Assembly (NCBI GenBank): GCA_039803205.1
Contig: JBDRYB010000002.1
Location: 1-64,000, forward strand
Source of the DNA: a candidate division WOR-3 bacterium
GTDB lineage: Bacteria > Hydrothermota > Hydrothermia > JBDRYB01
Reading direction: 5' to 3'
Length of the DNA: 64,000 nt
This document shows, piece by piece, positions 1 through 9,517 of this stretch. Position numbers and translations under genes: made by a program. Position 1 is the stretch's first letter. Each line of letters begins with the position of its first letter. A model generated the notes under the pieces. The model worked only from the letters and a program-made list of their open reading frames with translations. It was not told the origin of the DNA and did not search any database.

Positions 1-45
1 CAGCTCTATCTGGATGCTCACGGTCCTAGTGATCGTGATGTTCAT
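1..45 (-). CDS. 5' end of an unidentified gene running off the window (MNITITRTVSIQIEL...)
   Basis: ATG at 45 with SD AAAGGAG upstream; only 15 codons visible. Confidence 0.5.
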   Translation of the reverse strand, partial: MNITITRTVSIQIEL

Positions 46-103
46 GGGCCATCTCCTTTCATCTTTCCATTTTTTTCCATACCTCTCAGAGGAGGTGGCC
101 CAT
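44..103 (-). promoter_or_regulatory. Inverted repeat (13/14) able to sequester the SD and start codon of the edge gene
   Basis: Minus strand ATGGGCCACCTCCT (103-90) pairs with AGGAGATGGCCCAT (57-44); TAGAAT -10-like box immediately upstream. Confidence 0.55.
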
Positions 104-234
104 ATTCTAATCCAAAGGCCGAATCCGGGCCAGCTGTGCCCGGAAAACCGGACTGAACCGGGGTCCTCTCGGCTGGGTGAAACGCTCCGGCCTCCGGGTT
201 TATAATTATGCGGATATGATGTAGGAGGTTTGAG

Positions 235-2463
235 ATGTTTGGTGTAATCGCAATGGCAATAGGGCTTTGGCCCCGTGTGGATGTGGCGCCAATAGCGCCC
301 CAAGAGATAAGGGTTCCTCTGAGCTGGGCCCCCGTCGGCCCTGAGGGTGGAGCCGTGCTTTCAGTGTATACCTTCGGAACAGGGGATACGGTCGTGGCTG
401 TCGTCTGGCCAAGCATATGGCTGAGCCTGAACCAGGGCACGAGCTGGACCCAGACAGCCCCATACGCGCTTTTTGGGGCCGAGGACGGCACAATAACGGC
501 TGACAGGTCAATCCTCATGGCCTATGAGGGAGGGATAATCCTAAGGTCAACGGACTGGGGAGCAACTTGGGATACCGTTTTTGATGATTCCTATGTGGCC
601 CGCAAGATCCTGAGTCAGGAAAAGTTGAGCACCGTCTACGCCGCTGTCCTGGATGATTATTTCAATGCGACCGTATTTTACCGCTCCACGGACAACGGCT
701 TGATCTGGAATTGGAGGGATACCGTCCACTACTATCCCGAACAGTATACCCTCGCTGCCGCTCCGTCCAACCCCAACATACTTTTCTACGCTTGCGGCGA
801 CACGGATTCCGTATTCATATACCGTTCCACGAACGGCGGGGGAGCCGGTTGGAGCAGGGTTCTGGCGAGGGGGCCAGGATACCCAGATGTTCGGGCACTG
901 GCGGTTCACCCGATAAACCCCAATCTCGTCTTTGCCTCGCTATCCCTGAATGCTTTTCCGCCTTCTGGGGTGCTTATCGTCTCCACTGACATGGGGGGCA
1001 CATGGGCAACAGCGGACTCCGGGAAGCTCTACACCCATTTGAACTTCTACCAGGATACCCTCTTGCTCGCGTCCTCAGCAATACCTGAGGGGATAAAGCG
1101 ATTCAATCTCGTAAACCCTTCGGATACTCAGTGGATTTACAACTCAGAGTGCGTTATGTGGACCGATGACGCCAGCAACATCCTTTATGGAGGGACAAAC
1201 GGCGTTGGCGTGATAAGATCCCTCACCGGCGGCGTTTCCTGGGACGAGAGGAACAACGGGCTATATGGGGTTTGGAACGCAACCCCACACGGAATAACAG
1301 CGCAGGGGAACACGGTCTACATCGCGGACTACATGTCCGGAAGGGTCTACAAGTCAACGAACGGCGGGGTTTCCTGGACCAGGAACCAGCTCAATCCCGT
1401 GTTTGACCCGTCAAGGGGCTTCAGCTTCTCTGGCCTCTCAATCCATGCCGCGACCGAAAACCTTGTCTACGCTGGGATACCAAGCCTCGCCACTTTCGCT
1501 GTTTTCTACAGGACAACCGACGGCGGCTCCTCATGGACCCCTGTTTCCCTCCTGACAGCCCCCATGATGTTCTGCCTGGCTGACCGCGCCCAGGACACCA
1601 TCTATGGGCTCGGATGGAACCTCTTAACAGCGCAAACAGGGGTCTTCAAGTCCATAGACAGGGGAAATTCGTGGAACCTCGTCAGGCCATATCCCCTTGA
1701 ATTCAAGGGACTTAATGTTCTGGGGGATGTGAAGGTCTCCTCATGGGGCCACATATTCATGACCGACTCGGCTGGTGTATCACGATCAACAAACGGCGGC
1801 GCGAGCTGGGCGCAGATGAGCCCTAACTTGGAGATGGCTTGGTGGATGGACACAACCGGAAGCGCTGTCTTTTTCACCTCTTCTGACACAAGCCTTCAGG
1901 GCATCTGGTCATGGAATAATATATCCTGGCAGTGGTTCTTCTACGGTGGGGATGACTACGCTCCGGTGCCACTCCTGCCGGATGTTGCCGCTGAGGATAA
2001 CTACAGAATAGCCACATGCTGGACAACTCTGGCAATGGGCCTCGCGGCCGTGGTTGCTTACGATACCTTCCCGTATCCCGGCTGGAATTACGATACCCTT
2101 TTCGGACTGATACCGTCATCTCTTACCCTTACGCAGTCCTCGATCCTTCTAGGAACCCTTGGTAATGGCTATTTTAGGGCGGCTCTCGCTGGGGTTTCCA
2201 CGAATGAAGCCGAGCCTGGGCGGAAGGGTATGGATGCCTGGGTCTCTGGGAACAAGCTCTTCCTTAACCTGCCCGAGACCAGGCATGTATCAATCGAGAT
2301 ATACGATGTCTCAGGCAGGATGGTCAAGGAGGCCTTCAAAGGTGAATTGCCAAGGGGGCAGAGCACCCTTGATCTTCCGAAAACCATGGCAACAGGGGTC
2401 TACATGGTAAAACTTGATGCGGGAACCCGTGTTGTTCTTAAGTGGATCAACTCAGGGAGGTGA
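235..2463 (+). CDS. Secreted BNR/Asp-box beta-propeller protein with T9SS-type C-terminal sorting domain
   Basis: Many SxDxGxTW motifs; C-terminal IEIYDVSGRMV...GVYMVKL; SD AGGAGG. Confidence 0.85.
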   Translation: MFGVIAMAIGLWPRVDVAPIAPQEIRVPLSWAPVGPEGGAVLSVYTFGTGDTVVAVVWPSIWLSLNQGTSWTQTAPYALFGAEDGTITADRSILMAYEGGIILRSTDWGATWDTVFDDSYVARKILSQEKLSTVYAAVLDDYFNATVFYRSTDNGLIWNWRDTVHYYPEQYTLAAAPSNPNILFYACGDTDSVFIYRSTNGGGAGWSRVLARGPGYPDVRALAVHPINPNLVFASLSLNAFPPSGVLIVSTDMGGTWATADSGKLYTHLNFYQDTLLLASSAIPEGIKRFNLVNPSDTQWIYNSECVMWTDDASNILYGGTNGVGVIRSLTGGVSWDERNNGLYGVWNATPHGITAQGNTVYIADYMSGRVYKSTNGGVSWTRNQLNPVFDPSRGFSFSGLSIHAATENLVYAGIPSLATFAVFYRTTDGGSSWTPVSLLTAPMMFCLADRAQDTIYGLGWNLLTAQTGVFKSIDRGNSWNLVRPYPLEFKGLNVLGDVKVSSWGHIFMTDSAGVSRSTNGGASWAQMSPNLEMAWWMDTTGSAVFFTSSDTSLQGIWSWNNISWQWFFYGGDDYAPVPLLPDVAAEDNYRIATCWTTLAMGLAAVVAYDTFPYPGWNYDTLFGLIPSSLTLTQSSILLGTLGNGYFRAALAGVSTNEAEPGRKGMDAWVSGNKLFLNLPETRHVSIEIYDVSGRMVKEAFKGELPRGQSTLDLPKTMATGVYMVKLDAGTRVVLKWINSGR

Positions 2464-2465
2464 GA

Positions 2466-3041
2466 ATGAGAAAGCTTTTACCCATAGGCCTTGCCCTCAT
2501 CAGCTGCGGCCCGAAGTATTACAAGGTCAAGACCGATGTCCAGCCCTTGATGAACCCACGCGTTCAGAACATATTGCGGGAAGAAGGCGGTTGGGCCGAA
2601 ATAAGGGTCAAGGTCGGCAAGAAGACCATGAACGCGCCCGTGATGGATGTCACCCCTGACAGCATAAAGGTCTTCACCGGAGACAACAAGCGCAACGATT
2701 CGCTCTGGGTCTATCCGAACGAGGTCTCTGAGGTGACATATGTGCTTCCAATGAACGCGAGGGAGCAATCCTTCAACTACGCGAGGAACGCTTTTCTCAT
2801 AGGGCTTGCATCAACTGCCGCGGCAACAGCAACGACATGGGTATTTGAGGAGAACTTCAAGAACAAGGGTGGCGAGACCTCCGAGCCCAAATACTACATG
2901 TATGTGGCCGGAGGTTTCGGTGCCCTTACCGTTATCGGAACGCTGACCGCTTATATAGTTGGCTACAAGATAGGCTCGCGCAAGGACAAGGACCTCAAGA
3001 ACAAGCTCAGGGTGTTCCTGGGTCTTGAAAGCTGGAAGTAG
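2466..3041 (+). CDS. Hypothetical lipoprotein with C-terminal hydrophobic segments
   Basis: MRKLLPIGLALISC lipobox-like start just after the upstream stop. Confidence 0.65.
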   Translation: MRKLLPIGLALISCGPKYYKVKTDVQPLMNPRVQNILREEGGWAEIRVKVGKKTMNAPVMDVTPDSIKVFTGDNKRNDSLWVYPNEVSEVTYVLPMNAREQSFNYARNAFLIGLASTAAATATTWVFEENFKNKGGETSEPKYYMYVAGGFGALTVIGTLTAYIVGYKIGSRKDKDLKNKLRVFLGLESWK

Positions 3042-3060
3042 GGGCAGGTCTTGTGCCTGT
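3038..3060 (+). repeat. GTAG REP-like palindrome, copy 1
   Basis: GTAGGGGCAGGTCTTGTGCCTG; first 20 nt identical to 14582-14601. Confidence 0.65.
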
Positions 3061-3070
3061 TTTGAATTAA

Positions 3071-3841
3071 ATGTCCGGCCAGCGCATAAAGGTTATTCTG
3101 TCCGGAGCACTCGGCCGGATGGGCAGGGTTGTCGCAGAGGCGATACGGGGGGCGCCTGATATTGAGCTCGTGGGGGGGATTGAGTCCCAGGAGAAGCTCT
3201 CCGAGAAGCCTGAATTCCCCTTGTTTCCAGACCTTTCAGGGTTAACCGGAGATGTCCTGGTTGACTTCACGAATCCGGGGGTTTCTATCGGAATACTGGA
3301 ACAAGGTGCCAGCTCTGGGATGGGCCTCGTTGTAGGGACAACGGGGTTCACTGAGGAGCAAAAGGAAACGATAAAGGGCCTTGCCAATAGCGTTCCTGTT
3401 CTCCTGTCCCCGAACATGAGCGTTGGGATAAACCTCCTCCTTGAAATGCTCCCTAAGATGGCCCAGGGGCTTAGGGGCTATGATATTGAGATAACAGAAA
3501 CCCATCACAGGCACAAGAGCGACGCCCCGAGCGGGACTGCAAAAGCCCTCTTTGAGGCCGTGAGGCGAGCGAGGCCAGAGCTCAGACCCATTACACAGAG
3601 GACAGGCCCCAGGGCTTCTGACGAGGTCGGGATCGTGAGCATGAGGGGGGGAGAGGTCTTTGGGGAGCACACGGTGATGTTTCTCGGGGATGGGGAGGTA
3701 ATTGAGGTAACACACAGGGCTTTATCAAGAAAGGCCTTTGCCCTCGGAACCCTGATGGCAATAAGGTTCGTGGCAAAGGCAAAGCCCGGCTTCTACACCA
3801 TGAAGGAGGTTATAATCAATAATGCACAGCGAGGCCATTGA
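3071..3841 (+). CDS. dapB: 4-hydroxy-tetrahydrodipicolinate reductase
   Basis: GALGRMG, VVGTTG, ETHHRHKSDAPSGTA motifs. Confidence 0.95.
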   Translation: MSGQRIKVILSGALGRMGRVVAEAIRGAPDIELVGGIESQEKLSEKPEFPLFPDLSGLTGDVLVDFTNPGVSIGILEQGASSGMGLVVGTTGFTEEQKETIKGLANSVPVLLSPNMSVGINLLLEMLPKMAQGLRGYDIEITETHHRHKSDAPSGTAKALFEAVRRARPELRPITQRTGPRASDEVGIVSMRGGEVFGEHTVMFLGDGEVIEVTHRALSRKAFALGTLMAIRFVAKAKPGFYTMKEVIINNAQRGH

Positions 3842-4601
3842 GCACTACAACAGGGGGGTTCGCTTCTTGGGAAGCGGCGAGCTTGCCGAGGCCGAAAGGG
3901 AGTTCCGGAAATGCATAGAGCTTCAACCTGGCTTTGCTGAGGCCTACAACAATCTGGGCTTGGTCCTTGCGAGCAGAGGCGATCCAAAAGAAGCCGAAAA
4001 GAGCTTCCGGAAAGCAATAAGGCTCCAACCGAGGTATACTATTGCCTACCTAAACCTTGCCAATCTCCTCGTTAGCCTGGCGAGATATGCCGAGGCAGAG
4101 ACAGCCATCCGTAAGGCAATAGAGTTGGAGCCCGGCTTCGCGGGCGCTCACTACAACCTGGGACATCTGCTCTTTATGGAAGGCAGGCTTATGGAAGCCG
4201 AGGCCGAATTCAAAGAAGCCATAAGACTTGAACCCCGACTCCACGCACCTTATCTCATGTTGGGCCTTATATACCATGACACCGGAAGGTATCACGAGGC
4301 CGAGAAAGAGTATTTGAATGCCTTGAGCGCGGATCCCAATCTGGCACAAGCCCATTTCAATCTGGGATTATTGTATGCGAGCCAGAAAAGGTATCTTGAG
4401 GCAGAAAAGCACTTCAGGGAAGCCATGAGAATATATCCCGATGATCCTGAAGCTCACGCCAATCTCGGACTGTGTCTACATAAACAGGGGAAAAACAAAG
4501 AGGCAAGGGAAGAGATAACCAAGGCCATAAATCTTATGGAATCACAGGGCAGATGGGAGGAGGTTCACTATCTCAGAGGGTTATTGGACGAGATCCGCTG
4601 A
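3822..4601 (+). CDS. Tetratricopeptide repeat protein
   Basis: About seven 34-aa repeats (AYNNLG, AHYNLG, AHFNLG, AHANLG). Confidence 0.9.
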   Translation: MHSEAIEHYNRGVRFLGSGELAEAEREFRKCIELQPGFAEAYNNLGLVLASRGDPKEAEKSFRKAIRLQPRYTIAYLNLANLLVSLARYAEAETAIRKAIELEPGFAGAHYNLGHLLFMEGRLMEAEAEFKEAIRLEPRLHAPYLMLGLIYHDTGRYHEAEKEYLNALSADPNLAQAHFNLGLLYASQKRYLEAEKHFREAMRIYPDDPEAHANLGLCLHKQGKNKEAREEITKAINLMESQGRWEEVHYLRGLLDEIR

Positions 4602-4607
4602 GGACAA

Positions 4608-5630
4608 ATGCTTAAGAAAGAGGTTTGGGTAAAGGATCTTCTGCCTGGCGTCTCGGTCACGGAGATGTTCGTGATAACCGAAATAGGCTCGGGCCCGAGG
4701 CCCTCTGGAAACGAGCCCCTAAAGTTCAATCTCAGGGACAGGACAGGAATAATAAGGGCGCATCTCTGGTATGATTCGGACATGGACAGGTATCGCGAGC
4801 TCTACGAAAAAATAAGGTCAGCTTACGAGGAACAGAGGATCGTTCTCGTTGAGGGAGTTGTGAAAACTTACAAGGGCGAGAGAGACCTTGAGGTAAGGAG
4901 GTTTGAGGTGCTTGAAGATGGGGAGTTTGAGGAGTTTCCAACCATACCGAGCATAGGGGAGGAACGCATACAGAGCCTGTGGGAGGAGCTGGTCTCGTTC
5001 ACCAGAAAGAGGCTCGCGGAAGAGGGCGAAACCCAGGATGTCGCATTCGCCAAGAGGCTCCTGGATGCTTTCTTCTCCGATCCGGACCTCTCTGAGCGCT
5101 TCAAGAGGTCACCTGGCGCGAAGTATTACCATCACGCGGTTGAGGGAGGGCTTCTTGAGCACACATACAATGTTCTCAGGCTGGCTACGGGAACAGCTTT
5201 GCTCTTCAGGAGGACATACGAGAAACCCGTATCCGTGCCTCTGGTAATAGCGGGCGCTGTTCTCCACGATGTAGGAAAAATTGAGTCATATTCGGTTGGC
5301 AGGAGAGACATACGGGACACATACGAGGGCCAGACTATAGGCCACATATTCCTCGGGATGACCATGGTAACCGATCTCGCAAAAAGGACATTCGGGAACG
5401 AAGAGATGAGCAGATTGCCCGCGCTCCTTCACATAATCGCTTCCCACCACGGCTACGCGGAGTTCGGAGCGCCGATTGAGCCGAAGTTTCCGGAGGCTTT
5501 CATCGTTTATTACGCGGATGACCTTGACGCGAAGCTTGAACACATATCAAGGCTACCCAAGGAGCTTCCCGCTTTCTCGGAGATGCTCAGAAGGGTGATA
5601 TACCCGCCAAAGGACTGGGGAGAGGATTAG
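4608..5630 (+). CDS. yhaM: YhaM/Cbf1-like 3'-5' exoribonuclease (OB fold + HD domain)
   Basis: LRDRTG OB fold, HHAVEGGLLEH, LHDVGK, IASHHG. Confidence 0.85.
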   Translation: MLKKEVWVKDLLPGVSVTEMFVITEIGSGPRPSGNEPLKFNLRDRTGIIRAHLWYDSDMDRYRELYEKIRSAYEEQRIVLVEGVVKTYKGERDLEVRRFEVLEDGEFEEFPTIPSIGEERIQSLWEELVSFTRKRLAEEGETQDVAFAKRLLDAFFSDPDLSERFKRSPGAKYYHHAVEGGLLEHTYNVLRLATGTALLFRRTYEKPVSVPLVIAGAVLHDVGKIESYSVGRRDIRDTYEGQTIGHIFLGMTMVTDLAKRTFGNEEMSRLPALLHIIASHHGYAEFGAPIEPKFPEAFIVYYADDLDAKLEHISRLPKELPAFSEMLRRVIYPPKDWGED

Positions 5631-6931
5631 ATTCGTGCCACCTCAGCCCCGGGGTAATAAAACCCCAAGATATCCCTGAAATCCTTCCCATCCTCGGCCA
5701 TCTTTACCGCGCCTTCCTGGCACATCCCGACCCCGTGGCCCCAACCAGCGCCCCTAATGACAAACCCACTCTCCTCTTTGAGAACATGGAAACACGAAGA
5801 ATTGAGGTATGTTTCTGAGAGAACGCGCCTTATCTCCAGTTCGGGCGAGAGGATCATCTCTCCACGCTCGCCCCTGAGAGCTAGCCTCGTTATCCTTCCG
5901 CTCTTGCCCCTCGCCAGAGGGGTTATTTCAAGTATCGCTCCGATGTCCTGCCCAGACCTCGTGAGAACTACCTCCGAGAGCCTTTGCCTGGAATACCTCA
6001 CCTCCCACCTGAAGTTCCTGGAGCCAGAACAATTGGCGGGGGGCGGATTTTCTATGAAGTTTATCGCATCGTCTTCTGTCTCAATCGGGAATTGGTAATC
6101 TCCGTCAGCTCGGGAGATCAGGTATGGCACATCAGCATCCTCCCAAGCGCCGCGAAACTCCTCTGTTATACCACCACAGCACTTTGAGAACCTGGCATCC
6201 ACGACATCCCCTTCATAAACCAGAACGAGGCCCTTGGTCTCATCGGACGCCCTCCGGGACTCAGGGGTCTCCGAACCGCGGCCCCGGTAGACCTGGCAAT
6301 GGTCCTCCGAGCATATCCCAAAAGGTCCAAGGATGTGGTGAGACCCATATGTGGCAAAGAGGGTTGAACGGGCCGCGACGGCCTGAGCCTTCTGGGCCTC
6401 AAAGGGAGCAGACCCCCCTATCTCTGACCCCACAACAGAAGCAATGTAATCCTCAATCTCTACGATATTAATCGGCCTCAGGAGGCCTCTTATCCAAGGG
6501 ATTATCTCGGTCTCCCCGAGGAAGGTCGCGTTCTCCTGAAACTCCCAAGGAAAACCCCTGCCAACTGGCAGGCCCTCAATCGTTATTGGGCCGTGAAACC
6601 TTACCCCCCCGAGCTCAAGCCTCCACTTCCTGATCTCAAGAACCACTCCTCCCCCACCATGGTATAGATCACGCCCACCGGGCTCTCTGAGATAGAGCCT
6701 CCTTGTAAAAGGCTCAAGGCCAGCTAGGGCCTCCCTGCCCGGAGGCTCTGAGAGGACATCAACCGAGGAAAAGCGTGCCGGTTCCCCCGGATAAACCCTG
6801 CAAATGTCCCCTCTCAGAAGCCGCCCGATCTCCAACCCATCCAGGTCAGAGACCAAAAGGTCATCGGAGGCAATCACCTTGGCTCTTTGAAGAGCTGGCA
6901 ACCCGACCCTTATAAATTGCACGGAAGGCAC
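5627..6931 (-). CDS. SpoIID/LytB-domain lytic transglycosylase-like protein
   Basis: EDYIASVVGSE, EAQKAQAVAARS, GWGHGVGMCQEGA. Confidence 0.9.
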   Translation of the reverse strand: MPSVQFIRVGLPALQRAKVIASDDLLVSDLDGLEIGRLLRGDICRVYPGEPARFSSVDVLSEPPGREALAGLEPFTRRLYLREPGGRDLYHGGGGVVLEIRKWRLELGGVRFHGPITIEGLPVGRGFPWEFQENATFLGETEIIPWIRGLLRPINIVEIEDYIASVVGSEIGGSAPFEAQKAQAVAARSTLFATYGSHHILGPFGICSEDHCQVYRGRGSETPESRRASDETKGLVLVYEGDVVDARFSKCCGGITEEFRGAWEDADVPYLISRADGDYQFPIETEDDAINFIENPPPANCSGSRNFRWEVRYSRQRLSEVVLTRSGQDIGAILEITPLARGKSGRITRLALRGERGEMILSPELEIRRVLSETYLNSSCFHVLKEESGFVIRGAGWGHGVGMCQEGAVKMAEDGKDFRDILGFYYPGAEVARI

Positions 6932-6938
6932 AGGCCAG

Positions 6939-6946
6939 ATTATACT
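6939..6946. promoter_or_regulatory. Overlapping back-to-back -10 boxes serving two divergent, apparently leaderless genes
   Basis: Minus TATAAT (6944-6939) 7 nt from GTG 6931; plus TATACT (6941-6946) 6 nt from GTG 6953. Confidence 0.55.
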
Positions 6947-6952
6947 CTTGAT

Positions 6953-8461
6953 GTGAAAAGAGCTTCAATTTGCGCGCTCGCCATCGCCTCAGGAGTTCTC
7001 GGGGCGCAGGATGAGACCTACAACCACATAACCCTGAGCTTTCTCAGCCCCCAGTATTCCGCTTGGATAACCGAACCCAAATTGGTAAGCCCTGCTTATG
7101 AGGCAAACCCAGCTGGGATATTACAGGTTCCCTATATGAAGGCATCCGTGGGTTTCTGTATGGCTGATTTTAGGGATGGATATGCTGTTCTCAGGGCTCC
7201 TGATGGTATGGGGGTTCTTGATGGCCACACAATGCCTTCAGTAATATCCGTGAGGCAAAAAGAGGGCATAGAGAGCATAATAGGCGTCATGAACCTTCAG
7301 GGTTTCGGGGCCTCCTTCCGTTATCTGGGCGAAGAATCTTTTGGACTGGAGCTCGCGCTTGATGGCGAAAGGATAGACCTGGGGCATTTCACCGCCTCTG
7401 TTGATGATACGCTAACCGCGGCTGATGTTGATAACCTTACGAAGTGGCTTCCTGTAACATGGAAACTCTCCGCTCACGGATACGCGGTGATAAAGGGCTC
7501 GGGCGAGGGCGGAATAAAGACTACCCCGCTTTCGCTCGGAATAGGAGGGGATCTGGGTTTCCTGAGGGCAGGAGTTGGATTCACGATAACGAGATACTCC
7601 GGCGCCCTTGATTTCACCATACAGGCAATAGGGGACACATTCTCGGAGAGGCCAACCGTTGGGGTTCCTGACACGGTTGCTTGGGACGCGGAGACCCAAG
7701 GAAGGATGAAGCTGGACAGCATACTCTTCTGGCATCAGGAGATGGCGATGGAGGAACTCTGGGTTCCCTCGTTCAGTCTAGGGCTTCAGAGGCCGGCTGG
7801 CCCTTACAGGTTTGGCGTCATCTGCACATACACCCCTGGCTTCAAGATAAAGGGCTCAGCCACCGATACCAGGGTTTTCGCGCTTTGGCTTGATAGCGTG
7901 ATAACGGATGTTGGGCTTGATGAGGATTACTCTGACCTATACGCTTACATGAGAAACGATACCCTCCGCATAGACGGCCAAGCGCTCCTGAATTTCGTTC
8001 CGGATCACGATCTCGGCTCTATGGGCTACAGCAACAGGAAATACGAGATAGATGTTCCGGGGAGGGCACTCCTCGCCTTCGGAGCCTCAAGGGAGGGCGA
8101 GGCTTGGCTAATGGATGGGGCAGGGGGATGGGAATTCCTGGGCTCAGATGAGGCGTATCTCGGCCTCTCTATGGGCTACAAATTCGGGCCTTGGGCTCTC
8201 AGAACGGGAGGGCTCTACAGGTTCAGGGAATACGAGGTTGGGGATGAGTTTTACGGAATAACATCAGGGTTTCTTGGGCTTACCGCGCAGGTATTCTCTG
8301 GGCCAATAACCTACGGGCTATCGGTCAAAACCGCCCTGCCAGAATACGCTTTTTCGCTTTTGGAGGGAACGAAATCCGTGCTCTCCGGCCCCATAAGGAG
8401 AAAGACGCCCCTTCTGCCTCTGACCATAGCCTTCTTTTTCTCCCTGGAGGCCGAGGAGTGA
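6953..8461 (+). CDS. Hypothetical exported, probable outer-membrane beta-barrel protein
   Basis: Signal-like VKRASICALAIASG; alternating beta-strand pattern; start re-called to GTG 6953. Confidence 0.6.
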   Translation: MKRASICALAIASGVLGAQDETYNHITLSFLSPQYSAWITEPKLVSPAYEANPAGILQVPYMKASVGFCMADFRDGYAVLRAPDGMGVLDGHTMPSVISVRQKEGIESIIGVMNLQGFGASFRYLGEESFGLELALDGERIDLGHFTASVDDTLTAADVDNLTKWLPVTWKLSAHGYAVIKGSGEGGIKTTPLSLGIGGDLGFLRAGVGFTITRYSGALDFTIQAIGDTFSERPTVGVPDTVAWDAETQGRMKLDSILFWHQEMAMEELWVPSFSLGLQRPAGPYRFGVICTYTPGFKIKGSATDTRVFALWLDSVITDVGLDEDYSDLYAYMRNDTLRIDGQALLNFVPDHDLGSMGYSNRKYEIDVPGRALLAFGASREGEAWLMDGAGGWEFLGSDEAYLGLSMGYKFGPWALRTGGLYRFREYEVGDEFYGITSGFLGLTAQVFSGPITYGLSVKTALPEYAFSLLEGTKSVLSGPIRRKTPLLPLTIAFFFSLEAEE

Positions 8462-8620
8462 AAATTGGGCTTAGGTTTCAGACTCCCTCTCAAACAAAGG
8501 CTTATTTGTTTTTCCTTTACATAACAGAACCGCATAAATGCGCGCGAGGCCACCACGGATCAACGCGGGGAAATGCCCTCAGGGAGGTGGGGATATTTCT
8601 CGGGACCTCCTGATTCCTGA

Positions 8621-9256
8621 CTACTTATGCGACAATGAAACCCTCACCCTCTCAATCCTGTAATATGAAGGTTTGGTCATTGTCGCGGCGTAGAACACGA
8701 AAGAACCATCCTTCGTGTAGTAGAGAGAGCTCACATCCTCATACGGCCCCCATTCCTTGCCGTTGATTATGACATAGGATCCGTCGGATTTATCGGCCGT
8801 AAACCCCCAGGCAGAGCCGTCTGAGGAAAACTCTAGACTCCATACATCCTCATACGGCCCCCATTCCTTGCCGTTGATTATGACATAGGATCCGTCGGAT
8901 TTCTCGGCCCAAAACCCCCAGGCAGAGCCGTCTGAGGAAAACTCTGGCCACCTTGCACCCTCATACGGCCCCCATTCCTTGCCGTTGATTATGACATAGG
9001 ATCCGCCGGATTTCTCGGCCGTAAACCCCCAGGCAGAGCCGTCTGAGGAGAATTCTGGCATCCCTGCATCCTCATACGGCCCCCATTCCTTGCCGTTGAT
9101 GATGATATACCATCCGTCGGATTTCCTGGCCTTAAACCCCCAGGCAGAGCCGTTAGGGGAACCATCAGGAGAAACTGTAACCTCAAAAGGCCCGTATTCT
9201 CCGAGATTCTTGATCTCGGCCTCTAGGGCCACGGATAATAGAAAATACAATAACAT
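8621..9256 (-). CDS. Secreted protein made of 37-aa TolB/PD40-like repeats
   Basis: Signal peptide, SD AAGGAGG, four GSAWGFxAxKSxGxYxIINGKEWGPYE units. Confidence 0.8.
   Translation of the reverse strand: MLLYFLLSVALEAEIKNLGEYGPFEVTVSPDGSPNGSAWGFKARKSDGWYIIINGKEWGPYEDAGMPEFSSDGSAWGFTAEKSGGSYVIINGKEWGPYEGARWPEFSSDGSAWGFWAEKSDGSYVIINGKEWGPYEDVWSLEFSSDGSAWGFTADKSDGSYVIINGKEWGPYEDVSSLYYTKDGSFVFYAATMTKPSYYRIERVRVSLSHK
8733..9170. repeat. Four tandem 111-bp near-identical coding repeats
   Basis: ATACGGCCCCCATTCCTTGCCGTTGAT begins at 8741, 8852, 8963 and 9074. Confidence 0.95.
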
Positions 9257-9304
9257 CTTTGACCTCCTTTCGGCTGAGATTATAAGACCAGCGCTCCGGA
9301 GAAT

Positions 9305-9513
9305 TCAATGGCGCTCGTCGTTTTCATCGTCCTCCCAGAAAGGAACAAAAAACCCGTTATCAGTTATGTAGAATTTGGTGAAGTATACTCTGGGTCCTTT
9401 TGGTCGTGAACTCGGGGTTGAAGATGTCTATCCTGAGCATCTTGGCCAGTTGGCCCGCCTTGTTCGTTATGGTGTTTTACTTCCTCCATAATGGCCTTGT
9501 TGGCCTTTTGCAT
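9305..9513 (-). pseudogene. Small, possibly doubly frameshifted ORF downstream of uppP
   Basis: Strong SD GGAGGTGA and ATG 9513; removing one A in each of two A4 runs gives a 68-aa ORF ending at 9305. Confidence 0.3.
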
Positions 9514-9517
9514 GTTA

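Noticed and set aside
40..110. Fluoride riboswitch suggested by GGAGATGG
   Set aside because: The required pairing strand and the downstream GCTRATGAC-like element are not present.
8462..8620. Possible ncRNA between convergent genes
   Set aside because: Only weak hairpins; no recognisable RNA family.
8733..9170. CRISPR array or DGR template/variable repeat
   Set aside because: Units are contiguous in-frame 111-mers with no spacers; no cas or reverse transcriptase gene is in the window.
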